A stretch of 63,825 bases of DNA, counting the filler, from Sluysia triapertura (lineage: Eukaryota): NCBI GenBank assembly GCA_046118255.1. It is 5 parts of 5 records of this genome, joined end to end, with 100 filler letters (N's around TTAATTAATTAA, not from the genome) between each part and the next. Parts side by side here need not be neighbours in the genome. Positions count along the whole stretch, not along the records: positions 52,329 to 63,825 come from JBJNIA010184058.1; 4 more parts are not named here. One strand, written 5' to 3'. The notes below the pieces were generated by a model. It saw nothing but the letters and a program-made list of their open reading frames with translations, was not told where the DNA came from and did not search any database. Shown piece after piece: positions 53,957 to 63,825 of the stretch. The stretch's first letter is position 1, and the number at the start of each line of letters is the position of its first letter. The position numbers and the translations under genes are program-made.

Positions 53957-55349
53957 ATGTGTTTGCAGATCCGGTGAAACGGTGTATAGTCAGATTGAAT
54001 TGTGCCCACAAAATTTTTAATATAAATAAATTTGTAATAAATGTATTAAATCCTGTTTGTTATATTTTATGCCAATTTTGTACTATAAATAAATCTATAT
54101 TTAAAACTAATATAAGCTTTCAAACATGTATCAAGTCTATAGAACGACCTTATGTGAATCGTCGCAATGATAAAATAAGTTTTAATCAGATAATGAATAA
54201 AAATAAGACATCTTCGGTCGATCATAATTCTATCCCAAAGCTCTATGCAATAATATACAAAATGCTACAATATAAATATCACCATAAACAAACCAACCTT
54301 ATTAGATTATCAATTGATCTATATTATTTTATTCTGCCTTTTTGACGCTCTCAACATCGGTTTTTATGCCTTATACGAGCTTACATTCCTGCCTGACGTT
54401 ACTAAGACTTGAACTTACATCATCTTACTTCTATCTAAACAATGTCAATATAATACAAAATATTCTGTTATTCTCAAACTTTCTAAACAATTTATATAAT
54501 TCTAATCAACAAACATTATATCAATTAACCATAAAAACTCGGTATCACTGCCAATTACTCCCAAATTGGTGTGCGAATCTAACTCCCCCAAAATAGCAAC
54601 TGAAAATCTTATTTTTATTTACACTGTATTTGTTTAGAAAACGAATGAAAATACTTGAGATTCGAAAAACGAGATTCGAAATAGACTTTGTTTATATAGC
54701 TTTTACTGAAATAAATCAAACATATCAACAGAAATTACAAGATAGAATCACCAATAAAAAATAAACTAAATGAATATGTCGAAAATGAATATAAAAATAC
54801 TAAAACAACAAGTAGTTAGTTGATCGAATAATCATCTTAGACCGATAAATCTCTCAAAAAAGTTGTTTAAGAAAAGAAGAAATCGACTTCAGATGGTAAA
54901 AGACGTTAGGAAGCATGCTGAACTTGATGCAATTACATAGACATTCGCATATAATGAAAAGAAATTAAAAAAAACGAGTAAGCTCAAATTCTTTTGCCTA
55001 CTGAATGAGAAAATGTCAATAAACATGGATCACAAAAAAGAATGTTGTAATATAAATTCGGAATTGACGGAAATTGCAGAAGAAGAACAAACTATCAATT
55101 AGAAAAACCATGCAATATCATTGAAAGTCAATTAATTCAACTGAAACTGAAAATACTAAAAGTCTAGATAAAGATCAAGAATTTAAAACCCAAATAGGAT
55201 AATTCTCGTCAAATTTAGGTTGGAGTAGAAATAAGTTTCGAAATTACAACTTGGAGCAATTAAATCAATAACATAAACGAGAACAAAAATAAATTGAGAA
55301 CACGAAAACAATTATTCTAATATTAGGAAATAAAAAGGAGTTTTGTTGA

Positions 55350-56330
55350 TACTATTTATGTAGTTTCGATGCCAATTCGTATTTCATTGGATAAATGTGT
55401 TTGCATGTGAATGTAATGGTGAACAAAAAGGAGTAAAAATAGAAGCAAAAAAATGGCTGCCAAAAATTAAGTAAAGACATTTAGGCATAGCAATGATTCA
55501 CAATTTAAAAAGTCAGTAACAAATAAAAATAAGCAATTTTCGATAGACAATTTTATATTTGAAGTAAATAAAATGGCCGACAAATTTTTCAATTAAAAAC
55601 TAATGCTTTCTTAGTTACAATTTATCAAACAAACGAGATGTTTTTATCATTCAGGACAAGTTAGATCAAATGAATAAACAATGCTGTAAAGATGATTGAA
55701 ATGAGATGCTTGATGAAGTTAATGAAATCCATTATAATTTCAATCATGAAGCTTCTATCTTCCTAGACAATAATAAACAGTACAATCCAATTATTGAATA
55801 CAGATCCGAAGCGAAGATGAGTCGAGCATCAATAAAGAATGAACTACTTTTTATTATTTTTGATAATCCGTATCTCGATATTTATGATAAAATTTTCTAT
55901 GTATATAAATCTTTCCACGTTTATTTTTGCTTCTTCAGGGTAGTTCAGTCCTTTATATTTTATATGGAAATGCATCCCATTTATATAGATGTAAAATTAA
56001 ATAATAGTTCTTGTAATAACCAAATTGTATCTTTAATTTTTCTTACCAAAATCAATTTTATATCTGTTAATAGATTTATAAAATCATGACTCACCATCAT
56101 GATTCTTTCATGACCTTTAATTTGTTTCAACAAATTAAATGAATAGGAGTTTATTTACATATCAATTCTACGTCAATATAATACCTTTTGAAACCTTCAT
56201 GCTTCTCGGAAACTCCTCATTCAATCAGTATTTATCAAAATCGAATTACCTTAAATAATTATTCAACTGCATCGTTATATGTTTTCCTCTGCTGGCATTG
56301 TTAGCAAGTTAACAATAAAATCATGCTAAT
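55350..56330 (+). mobile_element. Highly decayed hAT (Ac/ZBED-like) transposase remnant
   Basis: Scattered motif-like pieces in the expected order: HWINVFA (cf. CFAH), KTFRHSN, IIQD, and MFSSAGIVS (cf. dimerisation domain ER.FS.AG). Weak. Confidence 0.35.
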
Positions 56331-56430
56331 AATTTAAAATGAAGAAATTTTTACGCATGTTATAATCCAAAAATTTATAATGTGGATTTAACGAAATTTC
56401 GTTGATAATTAGTGATGTATTAAAACTAAC

Positions 56431-56754
56431 AAGCTATACTTAAATACATAGAATTGCTGGTTACATTCCCTTGGGAATTAGAAGCCAAACATCTCAATGA
56501 GTGTTCATCATACTGATATTCTGGAACCCATTTCACTTTGTATGTAGTTATACCAAATACGTCGGGAGACGATACTAATTCTTCTTCCAAATATTTAGTT
56601 TGGTGTTCCATTTCTTCTCCATGTACATTTCGCCATATCCAACGGAGCTTTGGTTTGGGATTTGCCCGTGTTGTGTTACATATTAAAGTAACCGTTTGAC
56701 CCTCGATAAGACCTGATTGAGGTATGCTGTAAATAAACGGTTTCTTAGGTGAGG
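56431..56754 (-). CDS. Single Ig-domain exon of a cell-surface IgSF protein (nephrin/kirre/sidestep-like C2-set)
   Basis: TTTCAG acceptor and GTTAGT donor, phase 1-1, 324 nt. Reads SPKKPFIYS...EGQTVTLICNTTRANPKPKLRWIW...KWVPEYQYDEHSLRCLASNSQG, with the canonical Ig Cys/Trp/Cys. Confidence 0.85.
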
Positions 56755-56938
56755 CTGAAAAAATTTATGCAGTTAACATATTTAAAATTAAATGAAACTA
56801 TTACCACTTCTAATAAAACTAATAAATCAATTATTATATCGAATTCCAATTTATATCGTTTCGGTAGTTATTTCCAAATTAAAGAACAATAATAACAATT
56901 AATAATGTAAATCATGAAAACATTAATTATAATTATGC

Positions 56939-56988
<50 letters not shown>

Positions 56989-59900
56989 TGTAATCATAAT
57001 CCCTTCTAAGAAGTTTTTATATGAATTTTGACGTATAAAGATAAAATAATCAGCACTGATTATTCACGCGCAACAATATAATTTGGGAAAATTCGTAACT
57101 CTCATTCAAGTCAAACTTTTTAGAATTTAATTTTTCACAATAACTCGATTGTTATTATTTTCAAACTGTCGAGGTATAGCATAATAATAATTAATGACAA
57201 TAATAAGAATAATGAGAATAATAATTAATGATAATAACAATTAAGTATTTGTAAAATAATATCTACTTAGTAGATAATACTAATAAAATAATAGTTTAAA
57301 AATATAAAATAGAATTGATTTTTTCAAATAATTACTTACAAAAGTAAGTATTAATGACAGAAAATTTTAGTTTTAATGTGGCTGAATGCCGTTGGCCAAT
57401 AAGTGGTACATAAGCCAGTGAAATTTCAACCACCTTCGCAATATTTTATTTGAAAATACTAACTATGATATTTTTAATTACAAAAATTTAGTCTGATTTG
57501 GTAGCCATATTGGAAGACATTCGATTTTTATTCATTATACATATTAAACAACTTTAGTAAGTTTAATTTACTGTAGAGCACTTCGTTTAATACTAAACTT
57601 AAAGTGCAGGTAAAATACTTTCAGTAATTTATTTCGTCCGATTTAATGAGGGCTAAAATATAGATCCTTCTGAATGCCTTATAAAGTACTAAATAATTTT
57701 TGAACCTTAAATATGAAATAAGATTAGTATAAAAATAGATTATGTAATTAAAATTTTAATTAACTTAATTAAGAAAAAATACGTTTTTGTGAATAACGTT
57801 TGAATGCGCTACGTCAAAGTTAAAACTGTGCATGTATTTGTTTTAAAAAGACCTTCGATAAAGGTATGGTTTGACAGAGTTCATGTAAGGAAAGCTTTAA
57901 TATTAAGCAAAATCATGTTTTAATTAGTTTTTAACTATGAAATTGTACAAATTGAGATCGTATGCTTGTGATCGTGAGTCGTTGTCAATGTACAATTGTT
58001 GAAATCGTGTGTATTGATTTTTTAACTAACAATGTGCATAGCTACCAAACAATACTGATTTTATTTTGTGTTATTAATAATGTACAAAAACTATTGATTT
58101 TTTTATTTGATAATATTTTATTATTAATATTTGAATTTTCTTTATTGGATTTCAATTAATTATTTTAAAAAATTGGATTTTAATTATTTTAAAAAACATT
58201 TAAGTTTCAAAAAACTAACGTAAGTACTTTAATATTATTTTCAAATGTTATTAAATATTTTCAAATTATTATAAATTTTATTAAATATTTTGTTTTATTA
58301 ATTTATTTTTATTAAAAAGCCAAGGCCAACATAAAAGATGTATAAAAGGACAAACAAAAAACATAAATCTCACAATTTATTTTTAATATTTTTGACACGA
58401 CTTTACATAACAAGTCTCTACGAATTCTTACATAACTTAAAAGATAATTAATCTATTAAAAATTCATCATTGGCCAGATTTTTTAAAACTAGTTTTATGT
58501 TAGTTTATTTTATTAAGTTATTGATACGAATTAAGTATCAACGTAAAATATACGTAAAATCTTTATTTTATAAAGACTTTATAAAAATATTTAATAGTTT
58601 TTTCGTAAAATACAATTCTTTGAACTTTACTATTTAAAATTAACTCCTTAATTTAATTTACGTAAATTCTTATCAATTTGATGTAAATATTTAAATTATC
58701 GTTGTAAATTTTTTTATTGTTGATAATATATGATTATTTAAAAGAATAATTTTTATTTTATAGTTTCAAAATCATAAAATCGCCCGTACCTCACAGTTTT
58801 TATCAGAATTTAATTCTGATATCGTAAAATCTATTGATATAAATCCTTTCATGGGATTTTCGAAAACTATTTTAATAATACAAAATTTAATTGTTATTTT
58901 TAGTAAAATATTAAAAACTTCAATCTAAAGCCTAGTACGTTGGTGGACACACGTAAAAGTTTTACTTTATTCTATAGGCTTTAAGAAAAATTTCCACAAT
59001 ATTATTATTTATTAGTATTAATGTGATTATAAAAATCTAGTTATCTAAAAAGTACTTAACATATAATTCATTATCTAAAAGTATCATTAGTTAAAGTACT
59101 TCATTAACATTATCATTTCAAATTATTCATTATCAGGTCACATTTTCCTATAAATAATCATAAATTTTGTGAAGCATCATAAGCTATTCTAAAGTGAAAA
59201 AGTATGTCACAATAACGCATCACTTGTGAATCATTTTTTGAATTATTTTAATCAAGTAATAAAGCAGATATTTTTAAATCATAAATTTTCATTTACAAGT
59301 TATTGAACTGAAAATCGCATTTTATTGTCGAGTTATCCGAGGATCATATTTTATTCTTGAACCACTAACGAAAAATTTAATACTACATCATCTCCAAATA
59401 ATAACATTAGTTTATATCAATTAGTAAGCAATTTTTAAAGATAAATAATAAAATAGACATCAAAATCTTACGTTGAAGTAAATTTTGTTTACGTATATAA
59501 ATCATTAATCTTTACTAGATTATTACTATTGAGTAATAATAATAATTAATAGTTAGTATTATTCGTTTTGTTTATAATAATATTTTAATTATTTTTGATT
59601 TATAATCCTATAATTACGGTTTATTTCACATTAAATTTTTATATTATTTATTGTCATATTACAAAAAATCGAATTTTTATTTGTAGTTTTGAATTATTTA
59701 TTCTTGTATAATTAATTTTTCATATTGTGAAATTTTAATATACATATTTAAGAAGTTTAATTTTATTTCATTCATGATAAATAAATAGACAAAGAGATTC
59801 TGTTGAACTAAGCAATAATATTGCATAAAAAATAAAGTATATAGTTATAATCAACAGTACTATTGTAATAAACATAAATTTAACTCACAGATCTATTTAG

Positions 59901-61735
59901 ATCACAATCAAATTATTAAGAAATACATATTCTAAAGAAAGTAAAAGATATGACTATTGCATTAAGAATAAAAATTTAAATTAAAGTAATTGAAAGATAA
60001 AGTCAACACTAATAATTTTTCCATTGCCTTTGAGAGTTCAAAAGATTATTTCTTCCTGACAAACGTAATCAGCTAAATTGTATAATTACAAACGAACAAA
60101 ATAATTGAATGTGGAATAAGAGTTAATTTTTATAATAACGAATTTAAATTCATTTAAAAGATCTCTTTAGATCACACTTAAATTATTTGAAAATATAACC
60201 TCGCTAATATTAATGGAAACATAATTGAAAATATTTTCTTTAACCACCAGTACTTCCATTTTCTTTAACGCTGACATCTATGCATCGGTGTCATAGAAGC
60301 TTCGCATAAGTAAAAAATAAAATTTAATCTTTCATTTATTTATTTACCAAATTCTCACACATAAATATGATTTTACTTGATTTTATTTTAGTTATAAAGA
60401 TTACAAGATCATATTATAAGATCCTGTTAAAAAATATACTATGTTTACATTAAGTGGATTTTGCTATCATCAAATTAAAGGATGATGAAAACTTAATAAA
60501 ATACGATTAGACTGGTTCAAGTTAGACTAAGTCAAAATATGAAGCTTGATTTCCAATCTGAAGGGAAGTAAAATATATCGTCGAAGACCATGAGAAACGT
60601 AACAATAATATTCGAAAAGTAAGATAATCGATGGTAATTATCTTAATTGTGGTTTAATTACCAAAGTTTTTCGTTTGATTTTAACAGAATTTTTTGTCCA
60701 TTTATATTATTTTTAGAAAGACCTTGATGAATTGAAATTAGTCATTATATTATAATTAATTACAAAGTTTAAAGAAATTGAATTTATTAATTTTTTTAGT
60801 TATATAAAGTTACATATGCTATACTTATTAATTATTATTAAAATTATCATTTAATATTTAAAATATTAATTTGACATGAAATATTTAGTTTACATTTAGA
60901 AATAAACAAACAATTAGCTATAATTTACATATGCATTTATAACAATAATTTATTCATTTCTAAATTTAGCTATATCATATTGAAAAATAATAACATAAAT
61001 TTAGATTTACATTATTAATTGTTAAACTTTGATATTTTTAATATTTTACATTACATTAAACAAGAAACCTTTTGTAGAAGGTTGCCAGAAATCCAAATTT
61101 TTAAAAATCAATGTAAATGGTATAGTAAGGGTTTCAGCCCTTATTTCAATGTTGTTATACTTGCTAAATTTAATTAATCCTTATTTCATTTATAGTTAAT
61201 TTTTATTTAAATTTTGTAAAACTTAATTAATTACAAAATTGTAATAACGGCGGTAACCCTGTAATGATAATAATAATAATAGCGACAAAATTTAACAGTA
61301 AACTTCATAAATTACACGCATTCAACAATATTGTCAAAATTTATAACTGTACACCATATTGCAAATAATAAATCATTTACGTAATTTCGGGACCAAGAAA
61401 CCAGTGAACATAATATACAATTTATAAGAGAAAACTGAAGAAGTAGTTTACAAGAAAACACTTATTTGAAATGAAATGGAAATAATAAATTTCTTAAATA
61501 TTTTGATATTTGATATTTATGAAATTTATTTAATTTAATTTTATTATGTTAAATATACGAATATGTTAACTTGTTTCTGTATTTTTGCATAAATTGTTAG
61601 TTTTGAAGCATTTATCGTTTATTCAAAGAAGCGCATTTATTATACTACTCAAACATTATACAATTTCAGTTATGCTTATTATTATAAAAAAAATTTGAGG
61701 AGTTTCAAATCAAAAGCATTTTATTATATTATATA

Positions 61736-61790
<55 letters not shown>

Positions 61791-63825
61791 TTAATAATAT
61801 CATTATTACCATTATTATTATATGTAACGTTGTCAGTTGAAATAAATTTTTAAAATACTAATGCACAAATATATTTATCGGAATAATTCTAGTGTATAAT
61901 CAAAAATATTTTATTTCATAAATATTACTTTTTTAAAAATTATCACGTGCCTATAAACACAAACTTGTGCTTGTATACATGTCGCCGAAAATTATTATTT
62001 TACATAATATAATTATAATTATAATATGAAATTATATTCTTTTAAACAATTTATTAAATTTTTGCTTCAAGTTTTGTTTATTGCTTACGATAACGAATTT
62101 AACCGATTTCTGTAATTATAAATTTTTAATTTTTAGTTAAATAAATTTTTTAAATTTTAAAAAATTTTAAATTTTTAAAATTTTAAATTTTAACGTAAAT
62201 TTTTTAGACAGTATATGTTTAGATTTGGATCGTTTTTGAGCAATAAAAATAATTTAAAATTATTAATTAATTATTAATTTAATTTAAAAATAATAATTTA
62301 TATTTGTATTAAACTAAATTATTATTGTTATCTCTTGTAATTTTTGTTTTCTAATTACTTAATATTATAAATAATATATTTAATTATTTAATAATTTAAT
62401 TTGAGAAGCAAAATGTTATAGTACGATCGTCTCTACTATACGTTTTCCACATATTCCTAAAAAAGTAAAGTTTATTACACAAAACTGATTACACGACTAA
62501 ATTACTAAATTCAGTTAAGACAATAAAAATAATATCTTACAATAAAATAATTTATTGAACACAAATTATTTTAACATAGATTTTGTGATTAGTTTAAACT
62601 ATTCGTGGAAAATAATTAAGAGTTTACGTCTATTTTAGCTTTACCATAAAATAAAGTAATCCTATGAACAATTAACTTACAAATAACAAAAAATTTGATA
62701 ATGTTTCCACAATATTGTAAATCAATGTAGTAATATTTGCTCCTTATTTACCACCAATCGTTATGGACTTGATTGTTTAAAACAATAGAATGAAAATGTT
62801 TCGATCTGTAAATCTAGCTCGAAGTTATATTAACGTATTTATTGTTTGTTTTTTATAAAATTTGCTCAACTGCGTTAAGTCTTAGTAAATAATAAATTTG
62901 ATTTAATATATTTTCTAACTTCATTATTGAATTTTGTAATTTGTTTAATTGCCTTTTAATTGTTTTTCATTTATTTTAAAATTATCTTAATTATTGTTTA
63001 TTTGTAATTAAATTTGATTGAAGTTTTAATTTTAATAATTGCAGGAAACACTAAAACCATTTTTTGCATAATAATATAATAACATTCTTATATATATTAT
63101 ACATTATTTAGTTAAAATCGATATATTGTAAAAATAGATTAAGTGAATTCAATCGATAACTTTAAGGCTTCCTTTTCGCCGTGACTTTTTATTTGTTTAG
63201 ATTATTAATCTACATAGACAAATATAGTCCTAAAAATAAAAGGCATTACTCAAATATTGTTACATTGTTTGTGGACTAAAAATATTGCTCGTCAATTATT
63301 TGATAATTATTTTATCTTTAGTTATTTGTAGATTTTTATAGAGCACAAATTCAAAAATATTAAAACCAAAAAACAAAAGCACGATAAAACAGTGCACATC
63401 AAATAAGAAACTTTATGACCATATTTTATGTTACATTTTTATGGTCTGTCATACAGAATTATATTACTAACTCAATTTCTTATTAGCTTTCACTATTGAA
63501 TTAGATTTTATTGAATTATATTTTCAAATATGAATTTTTAATATTTTTTCTATATACTTTATATTTTATGTAAATGAAGTGTTTTTTTATACTTAAATAT
63601 TGAGCTTTGTAAGTACTTGGTACAATAAAGTTGTTCAATATGGCTACGTAATAATAAGTCGACCGGACCGTTTTCTGAGGTTTACCAAAGTGCTTAATAA
63701 GTATTGCAATATGAAATGTAATAATTCATTAATATTATATCACCAAGAGATATTAACACATTATGAGCGGGGCGGGTATTATTACCCGTTTTATGGACTG
63801 TACTTAAGAATACCCGCTCATAATG

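Overview
Very AT-rich animal (metazoan) genomic DNA from a draft assembly, not prokaryotic. Several contigs are joined by N-gaps, four of them carrying an artificial TTAATTAATTAA spacer. 32-34 nt GT-AG introns and a spiralian-type central Hox exon suggest a compact-intron spiralian such as an orthonectid (inference only). Host genes, read by hand with splice sites: the 5' half of a TBC1D15/17-like Rab GAP, an intronless TNFAIP8-family gene, exon 1 of a Lox2/Lox4-like Hox gene, four kinase-domain exons of a DDR-like receptor tyrosine kinase (DFG replaced by DLA, one GC donor), and one Ig-domain exon. Most of the rest is decayed mobile DNA: a split hAT (SPIN/GTF2IRD2-like) transposase, hAT MITEs, a Maverick/Polinton-type DNA polymerase B remnant, LINE RT fragments, a piggyBac remnant, LTR-like repeats and a tRNA-like sequence. 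Most interesting: three loci share one 5' module (AAAGAYTTATGC block, ATT-rich spacer, paired inverted CCAAT boxes), each followed by a different coding cargo. The cargos are a truncated eIF4A with a 7x tandem motif-Ia repeat, a CCCH zinc-finger gene and an orphan ORF. One copy is a clean 2.7 kb insertion into the hAT transposase, which suggests a gene-carrying mobile cassette family.
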